Assembly (NCBI GenBank): GCA_038231455.1
Contig: JBBRLI010000011.1
Location: 51,922 to 115,921, forward strand
Length of the DNA stretch: 64,000 nt
From: Vulcanimicrobiales bacterium
GTDB taxonomy: Bacteria; Vulcanimicrobiota; Vulcanimicrobiia; Vulcanimicrobiales; Vulcanimicrobiaceae
Direction of reading: 5' to 3'
The translations under genes were made by a program, and so were the position numbers. The notes under the pieces were generated by a model that was given only the letters and a program-made list of their open reading frames with translations, did not search any database and was not told where the DNA came from. This document shows positions 30,077-39,472 of the stretch, piece by piece (the first letter of the stretch is position 1; each line of letters begins with the position of its first letter).

Positions 30077-31894
30077 ATGGACGTGATCGCAGCGAGTGAC
30101 GAGAGCCTCCCCAAAGTCTCGCTCAGCCGCTCCCAACGGGTGCGGCTCATCCTCGTCGGGCTTTTCGTCGCCATTGTCGCTGCGCGCGTCACGCCGGACA
30201 TCGTACGTATCTTTATTCCACTGGGTGTCTTCGGCTATGCGACCGACGCGAACGCGATCGTCGTCAAAGTTCCCGACCCCAAAACGCTCGTTGTAAAAAT
30301 CCCCTACGTTCCGGCAAAACCCGCGGATCGGCTGCAGATCGGCGACCGCGTGCGGATCGACCGCATTACCCCGTTCGACCGCAAACCGGGTATCGCGGGG
30401 ACGGGGTACACACGCCAAAATTTCGATCGCAAACTGCCGATCGAACGCAAAGGCAAAGAGCGCTTCATCACGATGACGGCGTCACCCGAGCCCATCGCAA
30501 GCCGCCTCTTCACGCTCGCCCGCATTTTCATCTTTGTCGCATCGATCAGCCTCGGCGCGATCCTCTTCCTCATCAAACCGGGCTACGCAACCGGCGGTTT
30601 CTTCGCATTTTGCATCGGCGGCGAAGCGCCCACCACGTACTTCGATCAAATCTTCGATCCGTGGTACACCGAAGTACCGCAATGGATCGGTCATACGATT
30701 CAAGGCGGAGCGGGGGCCGCGCTGCTGCTCTTTGCCCTTGGACTCATCGATCACGACAACGTCCGCGAGCGGAGCTATGCAATCGCTGCAGCGAATGTCG
30801 GCCTCATCATGGGAACGCTCAACGCATACGTCTTTTGGGCGCTGCACTACGGGGCGCACCCAGCAGAAGTGTTCCAAAACATTTTTACGAGCGCATCGAC
30901 GCTCCTCACAATCGCAACGGCAGGCGTCTTACTCCTCGCGTATCTCCGAGCGAAAGGACGCCTGAAACGTGCCCGGTCCGCGTGGATCGGCGGCGCGTTT
31001 GCGGTCGCAGGCGCCGGGCATTTGATCTCGGTGCAGTTTTATCCGACGTATTTACCGTTCTGGGTCAACGGCGCGCTGGTGTCGCTAACGATCGTGCCGA
31101 TCGTCGTCGTCTGGATCGCGGTCGTGCGCAGCCGCTTCTTCAACGTCGATTTCGTCGTCAGCAAAGCGATCGTGTACGTTGCAATCACCGCGGCCGTCAT
31201 CGGCATCATCACGGTTTGCGAGGAAGTCCTCACCTATCTCTTTTACAACAACACCGACATCGCATACGGCTTCATCATCGTCATCTCGCTTGCAATCGGA
31301 TCGTTTACCGGCAAGATCCGCATGATCGTCGACTCGTTCGTCGATAAGTTCATCTTTCGTGACCGGCACGCCCAACAGAAGGCGCTCGAGCTAATCGCCG
31401 GCTACATCCTCGATGCCGAAACCGTCGAAGACGTCTATCGCGCGCTTTTACAAGACGCTGCTCACGCACTCAAACTCACCTTCGGCGGCATTCTGGCGCG
31501 CCAGAGCGACGGCAGCTACCGGCTCAGCCAAAGTCACGCCTGGCCCGACGATTGCGAAGTCATGCTCGGAGCGGGCGACGCGCTGACCCTGGCAATCGCG
31601 CGCACGCGCGGCGTTTTGAGTTTCAGCGGCAAGGAAACCTCGCTCATTCGCGATGCCTTTCCGAACGAACGGCTCACGTTCGCTGCGCCCATCTTCTTCG
31701 ATCGCTCGGTCGCCGCGATCGTGGTTTACGGACACAACATCAGCGGCTTAGATCTCGATCCGCAAGAGCGTGCGCTACTCGTGCGCGTCGTCGCGCATGC
31801 CTCAATCGCGCTCAACTCGATCGAACTCGCACGTTATCGCAAGCTCCATTCCGATACGGCCGAGCCGCTCGAACTACCGATGGTCTCCGGCTAG
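30077..31894 (+). CDS. Multi-TM membrane protein with a PDZ-like extracytoplasmic segment and C-terminal GAF-like domain
   Basis: TM, PADRLQIGDRVRI segment, about 8 further TM helices, C-terminal FAAPIF..IVVYGH..LDPQE..LL..VAHASIAL. Confidence 0.7.
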   Translation: MDVIAASDESLPKVSLSRSQRVRLILVGLFVAIVAARVTPDIVRIFIPLGVFGYATDANAIVVKVPDPKTLVVKIPYVPAKPADRLQIGDRVRIDRITPFDRKPGIAGTGYTRQNFDRKLPIERKGKERFITMTASPEPIASRLFTLARIFIFVASISLGAILFLIKPGYATGGFFAFCIGGEAPTTYFDQIFDPWYTEVPQWIGHTIQGGAGAALLLFALGLIDHDNVRERSYAIAAANVGLIMGTLNAYVFWALHYGAHPAEVFQNIFTSASTLLTIATAGVLLLAYLRAKGRLKRARSAWIGGAFAVAGAGHLISVQFYPTYLPFWVNGALVSLTIVPIVVVWIAVVRSRFFNVDFVVSKAIVYVAITAAVIGIITVCEEVLTYLFYNNTDIAYGFIIVISLAIGSFTGKIRMIVDSFVDKFIFRDRHAQQKALELIAGYILDAETVEDVYRALLQDAAHALKLTFGGILARQSDGSYRLSQSHAWPDDCEVMLGAGDALTLAIARTRGVLSFSGKETSLIRDAFPNERLTFAAPIFFDRSVAAIVVYGHNISGLDLDPQERALLVRVVAHASIALNSIELARYRKLHSDTAEPLELPMVSG

Positions 31895-32694
31895 TGCCCG
31901 ACGCCCTGGTAGCGGTTAAGACCGAAACGCCAGAACGTGTACGCGGCCACCACGAAGGCAATTCCGATCAGCGGCGTCAGTAGGCCGACGGCGGGCGGCA
32001 AAAAGAGCCCGGCTTCCGTCTTTTGCAAAAAGAACGTGGCCGGGAAATAATTCATGAACGCAAACGGAAACACGAACGAGAGGATCAGGCGCACGCCGCG
32101 CGAGTAGATACTGATCGGATAGCGCGTGAACTCTTGTTCGAGTTCGAGGACGATCCAGCGCAACGTATCGACGCGAATGAACCAAAATGCCGCCGTCGAG
32201 ATGATGAGGCTAATCGCAAGATCGATCAGCGCGCCGCCGAGCATGATCAGCGGCACCATCACGATGAACAGCCAGCCGACGTGCACGCCAGCAAGCCACG
32301 TCGCGCCGATGAAATATGAGATCGCTAGCAAGAGTTCGTCGGGGAAAATCTGCCCGGGCATCGTGATCGCCTGGAAGAGCGCATCGAGCGGACGCACGAG
32401 AAGCCGGTCGAATTCACCGTCGCGGATGTGCTCTGGGATGTCGCCGATCGCCGAGAAAAACGTGTTATTGATCGCATGGCTTACCATCCACAGGCCGTAG
32501 AGGAACGCCATGTCTTTGAAGTTCCAGCCGTTCATCGAAGGAAAGCTGTGCAGCACGACCCACAGCGCGAAGATCGCCGAACCGTGATAGATAAACGTGA
32601 AGGCGAACCACATGATAAAATTCGCCCGATATTCGAGCGTCGTTAAGATGTTGATCCGCCAGTAGACGCGGTAGACTTCGAGCATCGCCGCCAC
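31891..32694 (-). CDS. ABC-2 family permease (DUF990-like)
   Basis: EYRANF, GEFDRLLVRP, YPISIY, PFAFMNYFP. Confidence 0.88.
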   Translation of the reverse strand: MAAMLEVYRVYWRINILTTLEYRANFIMWFAFTFIYHGSAIFALWVVLHSFPSMNGWNFKDMAFLYGLWMVSHAINNTFFSAIGDIPEHIRDGEFDRLLVRPLDALFQAITMPGQIFPDELLLAISYFIGATWLAGVHVGWLFIVMVPLIMLGGALIDLAISLIISTAAFWFIRVDTLRWIVLELEQEFTRYPISIYSRGVRLILSFVFPFAFMNYFPATFFLQKTEAGLFLPPAVGLLTPLIGIAFVVAAYTFWRFGLNRYQGVGH

Positions 32695-32697
32695 GTG

Positions 32698-33510
32698 CTA
32701 CCCGCCCTGGACGATCACGCGCTTCGAGCCCGCGCGCCAGACGAACGTTGCGATGACCGCCAGAATCGCAAGCCACATCACCTGGAGACCCATCACTTCG
32801 AGGTAGCGGTCCGGTTTGATGATTCCGACGTAGATCAGCAGCGGCGTCGAGAACATTGCCGCAAAGGGCAGGGCGAAAATAAACTTTTGAAATGCCAGCG
32901 GGAAGAGCACCAGCGGTACGATTTGGCCGCCTAAGAGATCGGTGACCCACGTGAGGATCAGTTGTGCGGCGTGAATTTCAAGCGTCCAAAATGCAATGCA
33001 GTTGAGAATGAAGTTGATGAAAAACCCGACCATGTAGCCGAGGAAAAAACTTACGAAGAATGCGAGCAGCACCCCGGCTGATGGCACGTCGACATGGACG
33101 AACAAGAGCGCGAGGATCAGTGAGGGTACGATCAATGCGGCATGAAAGAGAACTTCGCCCGTCCCGTCGCTGAAGAGGTACAGCGGTACGCTGATCGGTT
33201 TCATGAAGTCCGTGGCGATGCTGCCGTCATGCAGTTTATCGTGCAGGATGCGCGTCTGGTCGATATCGAGCACGAGACCCATCAAGAGCGCGACGGTCGA
33301 ATACGTGATGATCGCATGCAGCGGAAGTTCGCTCGGCGCGGCGTTGCGCGAGTAGAGCGCGACCCACACCATGCGTAAGAGGTAGACGCGTACGACGAAC
33401 GAGCCGATCGCGGTGAAGACTTCGAAGCGGTAGGTCGATTCGCGAGCAATCGCTTTTTTCGCGAACTCGACGTACGGTTCGATGCGGAACGCGCGTGCGG
33501 CGAGACTCAC
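32698..33510 (-). CDS. ABC-2 family permease (DUF990-like)
   Basis: YRFE, DGSIATDFMKP, GQIVPL..FP, C-terminal IVQGG. Confidence 0.88.
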   Translation of the reverse strand: MSLAARAFRIEPYVEFAKKAIARESTYRFEVFTAIGSFVVRVYLLRMVWVALYSRNAAPSELPLHAIITYSTVALLMGLVLDIDQTRILHDKLHDGSIATDFMKPISVPLYLFSDGTGEVLFHAALIVPSLILALLFVHVDVPSAGVLLAFFVSFFLGYMVGFFINFILNCIAFWTLEIHAAQLILTWVTDLLGGQIVPLVLFPLAFQKFIFALPFAAMFSTPLLIYVGIIKPDRYLEVMGLQVMWLAILAVIATFVWRAGSKRVIVQGG

Positions 33511-34520
33511 GTAAGCGAGGGCGCTGCGCTAGCCGGCTGGGTGTATCCCTCAAGGTAGATGCGCCGCACGATCGATTCGATATCCGGTTCGATGATCGCG
33601 ACGTCCGTGATCGAGTAACGCTCGGTCACGCGGCGGATGAGGGCCTCGGCGCTCATCTTCGAGCGATCGAAACGCAGCTTAACGTTATTATGATCGCGGC
33701 TTTCAAGTTCCGCGCCTTCGATCGAGAAATCGGGATATGTTTCGGAGAGATTGACGACGAGCGTGCGGTGCGTGCCATATTCGGTGCGGAGGCGTTCGAG
33801 CGAACCGTTGTAAATCACGGTGCCTTTATCGATCAGTACGATACGGCGGGAGAGCCGCTCGACGTCGGCAAGATCGTGCGTCGTGAGGATAACGGTCGTA
33901 CCGCGGTCGCGATTGACCTCGGCGATGAATTCGCGAATCGCTTCTTTGGCGACGACGTCCAGGCCGATCGTCGGTTCATCTAAGTACACGATCTTGGGAT
34001 CGTGCAGCATCGCTGCGGCAAAGTCGCCGCGCATGCGTTCGCCTAGCGAAAGCTGACGCACGGGTGTATCCATGAATCGCTCGAGATCCAAGATATCGGA
34101 AAAGTGCTTGAGGTTCTGCTTGTAGCGGTCGCGCGGTACGCCGTAAATCGCGCGCAGCAGCTCGAATGATTCGCGCAGTGGCAGATCCCAGTACAGCTGA
34201 CTGCGTTGTCCGAAGACGACGCCGATATTGTGCGCGTTTTCGCGCCGATGCGCGTGCGGCGTTATGCCGTTCACGGTGATCGAGCCCGAACTCGGCACGA
34301 GGATGCCCGTGAGCATTTTGATCGTCGTCGACTTACCCGCGCCGTTGGGACCGATGTAGCCGATCACCTCACCCGCATCGAGCGAGAGATTGACGTTCTC
34401 GACGGCGATCTTCTCCTCGTACGTGCGGGAAAAGAGCGTCGAGAGCGCTCCCGCGATCCCGGGCTCTCGTTTGATCGAACGAAAGACCTTCTTCAGATCG
34501 CGTGTTTCAATGATGGGCAT
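33507..34520 (-). CDS. ABC ATP-binding protein
   Basis: GPNGAGKSTT, VFGQRSQLYWDLP, LSLGERMR, LDEPTIGLD; start MPIIE at 34520. Confidence 0.94.
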   Translation of the reverse strand: MPIIETRDLKKVFRSIKREPGIAGALSTLFSRTYEEKIAVENVNLSLDAGEVIGYIGPNGAGKSTTIKMLTGILVPSSGSITVNGITPHAHRRENAHNIGVVFGQRSQLYWDLPLRESFELLRAIYGVPRDRYKQNLKHFSDILDLERFMDTPVRQLSLGERMRGDFAAAMLHDPKIVYLDEPTIGLDVVAKEAIREFIAEVNRDRGTTVILTTHDLADVERLSRRIVLIDKGTVIYNGSLERLRTEYGTHRTLVVNLSETYPDFSIEGAELESRDHNNVKLRFDRSKMSAEALIRRVTERYSITDVAIIEPDIESIVRRIYLEGYTQPASAAPSLT

Positions 34521-34640
34521 CCTCGTATCGTTTCCACGAAATGCCGGACGAAGCATCCAGCGGCCAGGAGAGCCCTTACCGGCGGAGCACGGGCCGGACG
34601 TTTTCTTAACGGAACATTAGAGGACTGAAAGCCAAATCGC

Positions 34641-34667
34641 GGAACTCGCCGGATACCAACACTCGTT
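34641..34667 (+). promoter_or_regulatory. Possible ECF-type promoter of the Lys-rich micro-gene
   Basis: GGAAC-N18-CGTT. Confidence 0.35.
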
Positions 34668-34731
34668 GTCGGTATGGATGAGCGGTTCTTATGGACCGGT
34701 TGTATCTACAAAAATTAGGGGGTGATTTCAC

Positions 34732-34788
34732 ATGGCCGCCAAGAAAAAAGCAATGAAGAAGAAAGCAGCAAAGAAAGGAAAGAAGTAA
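34732..34788 (+). CDS. 18-aa Lys/Ala-rich micropeptide MAAKKKAMKKKAAKKGKK
   Basis: ATG preceded by AGGGGGTGA SD, TAA stop, downstream terminator; below the ORF-track length cutoff. Confidence 0.75.
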   Translation: MAAKKKAMKKKAAKKGKK

Positions 34789-34831
34789 CTTTCTTTCTTT
34801 CTATTCGATCAAGCAATAATTCGTAATTATT

Positions 34832-34860
34832 ACGCGGTCCCTCCGGGGGCCGCGTTTTTT
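34832..34860 (+). terminator. Intrinsic terminator after the micro-gene
   Basis: ACGCGGTCCC-TCCG-GGGGCCGCGT followed by a T run. Confidence 0.8.
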
Positions 34861-35266
34861 ATGCCCGCGCGGCCAGTTTGGCGAGGGACTCCGGCGCCGT
34901 CGAGGCGAGGCGCTCGGCCCGCTTCTGCACGAGCCACCCGGCCGCAAAACCGGACGTTTCGATCGTCTCTTGGATCCGCGTCCCCGTTCCCTCGGGGGCG
35001 AGCGTCCAGATTCGCCGCAGTTGCGCCGCCGGACCGAATTGCAGCCGGATGGCAAACCGCCGCTGCGACACCACGTCTTCGATCACGTAGGCGGTCTGCC
35101 GCCCGCGCGCCGGCTTGATCGTCAGGTACGCGCCGGGCGTCAGCGCCTCATCGACCCACATCCAAGCGACGTCGGCATTCCATTCACCCCAGCGCGGGCC
35201 GTCGATGAGCACGGTCCAGACCGCTAGCGGATCGGCAGAAGCCAGGGTCTCGTGGGTCCAGATCAT
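34859..35266 (-). CDS. SRPBCC/polyketide cyclase family protein
   Basis: ADPLAVWTVLID..RWGEWN; LAPEGTGTRI. Confidence 0.8.
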   Translation of the reverse strand: MIWTHETLASADPLAVWTVLIDGPRWGEWNADVAWMWVDEALTPGAYLTIKPARGRQTAYVIEDVVSQRRFAIRLQFGPAAQLRRIWTLAPEGTGTRIQETIETSGFAAGWLVQKRAERLASTAPESLAKLAARA

Positions 35267-36072
35267 CCCGCGGAGACGGGCGCGTGGCCGAAGAGCGCCG
35301 GGATGAAATGCCCCGCGACGTACGAGATTCCAAAGACGACCGCGCCGAAGGCGACGAGTTCCGCACCTTTACTCCACGGATTGCGGCCGGCAAGTCGGCC
35401 GGCGAAGATCCCGATCCCAAAGAGCGCGATGCCGCCGAGCACGACGCTCGCCGCAAGGGCCATGTCGTAGGCGATACCCGGGAAAAGATACGGCAACAAC
35501 GGCACGACCGCTCCGGCGGCAAACGAGCCCGCCATGCCGAGCGCCGGACGAACGCCGCCGCCTTCGGCTTGGCGCGGATCGATGCCGAATTCATCGCGCA
35601 TCATTTCGTGCAGCCAGATATCCGGATTGGTCGCCAGGCGCCGCACGATCATCTGCGATTCTTCGACCGTAAAGCCTTTGAGGCGATAGTAAGCGACCTG
35701 CTCGGCAAATTCTTCGTCGGGATTGGCGAGCATCTCGGCGCGTTCCATGGCAATTGCCGCGCTGACGACCTCGCGTTCGGATTTCGACCCCAAATATTCG
35801 CCGACGCCCATCGAGACAGCACCGACGACGAGCGAGACGAGGCCCGTGAGCAGAATCGTCGAGCGATCCGGCTGCGCCGCCCCAACGCCCGTGACAATCC
35901 CAAGGGCCGTGAGCAGCCCGTCCTGCATTCCGAACACGATCTCGCGAATCGAGCGCGCTTTCTCCAAACGCCCGCGTTCGGGCGTATCGGGGACGCGCGG
36001 AACCCGGGCCGGCGCCGACTTTCCGTCGATGCCCAGAACCAGTCCGGTTTCTTGCGCGTGTTCGTCCATCAT
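35263..36072 (-). CDS. VIT1/CCC1 Fe/Mn transporter family protein
   Basis: IREIVFGMQDGL, GAVSMGVGEYLG, SFAAGAVVPLLPY; ATGA overlap with the upstream gene. Confidence 0.92.
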   Translation of the reverse strand: MMDEHAQETGLVLGIDGKSAPARVPRVPDTPERGRLEKARSIREIVFGMQDGLLTALGIVTGVGAAQPDRSTILLTGLVSLVVGAVSMGVGEYLGSKSEREVVSAAIAMERAEMLANPDEEFAEQVAYYRLKGFTVEESQMIVRRLATNPDIWLHEMMRDEFGIDPRQAEGGGVRPALGMAGSFAAGAVVPLLPYLFPGIAYDMALAASVVLGGIALFGIGIFAGRLAGRNPWSKGAELVAFGAVVFGISYVAGHFIPALFGHAPVSAG

Positions 36073-38198
36073 AAATTTTGTATCCAAAAATCCATCTGTC
36101 GCGTGAGGAGGTGGCGGCGTTCGGGAATCCCCGTCACGCCGTGGCGCTTGCGGGGATACACGTCGAGATCCACTTGAATCCCGGCTTTGATGAACGCTTG
36201 CACGAGGCTGATGGTATTTGCCATGTGGACGTTGTCATCGCTCGTTCCGTGCTGCATTAGCAGCTTGCCTTTGAGGTTGGACGCCTTCTCAAGCACGGAA
36301 CTCTCACGATAGATCGCCGCATTTTTCTGCGGTGTCCCCATGTAGCGCTCGGTGTAGATCGTATCGTACAGCGACCAATCGGCCACCGTCCCGCCCGCTT
36401 CCCCCGCTTTAAAGACGCCCGGTGCGTGCGTCATGACGTAGGTCGTCTCGTATCCGCCGAAGCTCCAGCCCGTGATCCCTAAACGTGCGGCATCGACGAA
36501 GGGCTGTGCCGCAAGATATTTTGCGCCCGCGAGTTGACCGGCAAGCGAGCGCGGACCGAGTGCGTGATACATCGAGCGTACCGCGGCTGACTTGTCGATC
36601 TGCGAACCGGGACCGTCGATGCTAAAGACGATGAAGCCGCGCTGGGCGAGGGCGCGATTAAAGAGTGCGCCCGAGCCGCCCCAGACGTTGCGCGTCGTCG
36701 GCGACGCCGGGCCGCCGTAGATCGAGACGATCACCGGGTACTTCTTCTGCGCATCGAAGTCCGGCGGCTTGATCATCCACGCATCGAGCGCACCGTCGGG
36801 TGAATCAACCGAGAGTGCGACTTGTTCTGGGAGTGCGAGCGGTGCGATCGATTTGCTCTGCATGAAGACGGCACCCGTGTTCGTTTGGTGGAGGTCGCCG
36901 ATCGAAACGATTGCTGGCGCGTTCATCGTGGAAAACGTATCCAGGTAGGCGGAACCCGACGCCGGCACCGACGTCGCGTGCGTTCCGGCAGAGCTTGCAA
37001 CGATACGCATCTTCCCGCTCGGAAGAGCGATCGCGAGCAGCGAGGTGTCGCGCCGGGTCGGATACGCCGCGCTGACGTACGCGACGTCGGCGTCGATGCG
37101 CTCGATCGCGTTCACGCGGTAGCCGTGGGTAAGTGTCGTATTCGTACCGTTGCGGACGTCCGTGCGCGTGAGGGCCTGCTCTCCCGTGTCTTCGCTCACG
37201 CGGTACATGGATTTGCCATCGTGCGAGAATTGCGGCCGTTCGCGCGCTTCGACCCAGGTCTTCGAATCTTCGTGCGCGATCGTCCGCTGCGTGCCGCCTT
37301 CGAACGCAACGAAACGCATGTGTTGTTGGGGACGATCGAGGATCTCTGCCACGAGCGTACCGCTGGGCAGAAAGGCGATCGTCGGAACATAGTCGTCGTT
37401 CTTCTTCGTCGTATAATACGTGCGCGGCGCTCCACCGGAAGCGGAGATTTCGCGCAGGGTGACGACCGGATTCTTTTCGCCCGCCAGCGGATACCGTTCG
37501 AGTTCGACTTTTTGGTCGGCGTTCAAGAAATCGACGATCGGATACGCCGTCACCGGCGCATCATCAAAATGCAAGTACGCGATCCGATCGCCGGCGGGCG
37601 ACCAGCGATACGCGTGATCCATGCCGAGCTCTTCGGAATACACCCAATCCGGATCGCCGTCGACATCGGTCGGTCGACCGGTGCGGGTCAGTTGCGTTTG
37701 CACGCCGCTCTTGAGATTCACGACCCCAAGTCCCCCGTCATGAACGTAGGCGATCCGGTCGCCGCTTGGCGACCACTGCGGATCGTCAACGCTTTTGGCT
37801 ACTCGCTTTTTCGCCGTACCATCGGCCGAAATGACGTAGAGATCGCCGCCGTCGAGATACGCGAGCATGCGGCTATCGGGGGACCAGACGATCTCGGCAA
37901 CCGGCCGCGCGCCTTTACCGAGCGCATTTGCTTTGAAGAAAATGCGATCGGTTTTGGTTCGCACGTCGTAGACGTGGGTGTCGAGCGGCTCCAGTTTGCC
38001 GCCGGGGAGCGTGTAGAGAAAGCGCGTCCCATCGGGCGACCAGGTCGGTCGCGCCGGGAGCCGTCCCGTGAGTGGTTCGGCCGCCACGATATCGGTAATT
38101 TGCAGCGGCTTTGCGACGGCAGTGTCGGCAGAGACCGCCGCGAGCGGAAATGCGAAAAATGCCGCCGTGGATACCATCGCGAAACGCAGTAGACGCAA
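36069..38198 (-). CDS. Secreted S9 peptidase (dipeptidyl peptidase IV-like)
   Basis: DWVYSEE, GWSFGG nucleophile, HGTSDDNVH, YP..RH; signal peptide; probable TTG start at 38198. Confidence 0.92.
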   Translation of the reverse strand: MRLLRFAMVSTAAFFAFPLAAVSADTAVAKPLQITDIVAAEPLTGRLPARPTWSPDGTRFLYTLPGGKLEPLDTHVYDVRTKTDRIFFKANALGKGARPVAEIVWSPDSRMLAYLDGGDLYVISADGTAKKRVAKSVDDPQWSPSGDRIAYVHDGGLGVVNLKSGVQTQLTRTGRPTDVDGDPDWVYSEELGMDHAYRWSPAGDRIAYLHFDDAPVTAYPIVDFLNADQKVELERYPLAGEKNPVVTLREISASGGAPRTYYTTKKNDDYVPTIAFLPSGTLVAEILDRPQQHMRFVAFEGGTQRTIAHEDSKTWVEARERPQFSHDGKSMYRVSEDTGEQALTRTDVRNGTNTTLTHGYRVNAIERIDADVAYVSAAYPTRRDTSLLAIALPSGKMRIVASSAGTHATSVPASGSAYLDTFSTMNAPAIVSIGDLHQTNTGAVFMQSKSIAPLALPEQVALSVDSPDGALDAWMIKPPDFDAQKKYPVIVSIYGGPASPTTRNVWGGSGALFNRALAQRGFIVFSIDGPGSQIDKSAAVRSMYHALGPRSLAGQLAGAKYLAAQPFVDAARLGITGWSFGGYETTYVMTHAPGVFKAGEAGGTVADWSLYDTIYTERYMGTPQKNAAIYRESSVLEKASNLKGKLLMQHGTSDDNVHMANTISLVQAFIKAGIQVDLDVYPRKRHGVTGIPERRHLLTRQMDFWIQNL

Positions 38199-38220
38199 AA
38201 GAACTTCCCCCAAACGAGTG

Positions 38221-38718
38221 ATGATGAACGACAAAGAACAGAATCCGATCGTCGCGATGGCGATGAAAATCCGCGCCAGTCGCGACCTTGCCGCCGCGGT
38301 CGATTCCGCGACGTCCATAACGAGCACCGCGGGGACCGACGCCGAGCAATCGTTCGCCGCCTTAGGCGAGGTTCTCGCTATCGGCTCGAAACGCCTCAAT
38401 TCGATCCTCGGCAAAGGGGGCATTACCTTCGTGCGCTTGGAGAAGCCCGTGCGCTTCCGCCTGCGTTTTGGTGAGAAGCGTATCAGCCTGGATCTCGACC
38501 GCGTCCAGCAGCTCGTCGTTATCAAAGGCGAGGGCTTCGAGGGCGAATATCAATTCGATGTCGGCGCGAACGTGCCGTCGCTGATCAACCTCTCGAAACT
38601 CTCGAACGATCCGGGCTACGGCGAGGCGATCACCGGCACGTCGCTACTTAAAGCGATCGCCGCGGACGCGGAATTGCCGCGGCCCGCACACCTCGACGTC
38701 CCGCCGCTGCAACTGTAA
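38221..38718 (+). CDS. Hypothetical protein
   Basis: 165-aa ORF with typical codon bias, divergent from the S9 peptidase; 3' end overlaps nth. Confidence 0.7.
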   Translation: MMNDKEQNPIVAMAMKIRASRDLAAAVDSATSITSTAGTDAEQSFAALGEVLAIGSKRLNSILGKGGITFVRLEKPVRFRLRFGEKRISLDLDRVQQLVVIKGEGFEGEYQFDVGANVPSLINLSKLSNDPGYGEAITGTSLLKAIAADAELPRPAHLDVPPLQL

Positions 38719-39394
38719 CCTTCGCCGCACGCGTGCGCGCAACGATCGGCGCGGACGGGCAAATCGTTTGCAACGGGCAGCGTTCGCACTGCGGCGTGGG
38801 CGCTTTACAGATCGCACGGCCGTGTAAGATCAGCCAATGGTGCGCGTGCCGCCATTTCTCGCTTGGCACGAGTTTCGTTACGTCTTCTTCCACGGCGCGC
38901 GGGGTCGTGCCGAGCGTCAGTCCGAGGCGATGCGACACGCGAAAAACGTGCGTGTCGACCGCGAACGCCGCTTCCTCGAAGGCAACCGACATCACGACGT
39001 TGGCCGTTTTGCGGCCGACGCCGGGAAGCGCTTCGAGCGACTCACGATCCGCGGGGACGACACCCCCGTGGTCGCTCATCAGGCCGCGTGCTGCATTGAC
39101 GATGTTCTTCGCTTTCATGCGATAGAAGCCGCACGATTTGACGATCGGCTCGACATCGAGGGGGTCCGCTGCGGCAAGTTGAGCGGGACCCGGGTACGCT
39201 GCAAACAGCTGTGGAGTCGTAAGATTGACACGCACATCCGTGCACTGCGCCGAGAGGATGACGGCGATGAGCAATTCGAAGGGGTTCCGATAGTCGAGCG
39301 CCGTGACGGCGGTGGGATACGTTGCCTCCAAGATTGCCAGCTCGTCGTGGGCGCGTGCTCGCGTGACCTTGCGTTTTGGAAATGGGATACTCAC
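38648..39394 (-). CDS. nth: Endonuclease III
   Basis: LIAVILSAQCTD, LPGVGRKTANV HhH, VDTHV, CKAPTPQCERCPLQTIC FeS motif. Confidence 0.96.
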   Translation of the reverse strand: MSIPFPKRKVTRARAHDELAILEATYPTAVTALDYRNPFELLIAVILSAQCTDVRVNLTTPQLFAAYPGPAQLAAADPLDVEPIVKSCGFYRMKAKNIVNAARGLMSDHGGVVPADRESLEALPGVGRKTANVVMSVAFEEAAFAVDTHVFRVSHRLGLTLGTTPRAVEEDVTKLVPSEKWRHAHHWLILHGRAICKAPTPQCERCPLQTICPSAPIVARTRAAKVTVAAAGRRGVRAAAIPRPRRSL

Positions 39395-39472
39395 GACCGA
39401 AGCTTGGCGGGGGACGATTTGACGCCTTCACCCAAGGTGGACGTCTCCATTTGCTTGCGAGGGTGTTCGACT

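Noticed and set aside
38199-38525. N-terminal extensions in the ORF track (S9 peptidase to 38525; also TolC from 8904, TBDR from 53543, aceE from 45312, lipA from 61110)
   Set aside because: Most overlap neighbouring genes; later starts have SD sequences, signal peptides or family-typical N-termini.
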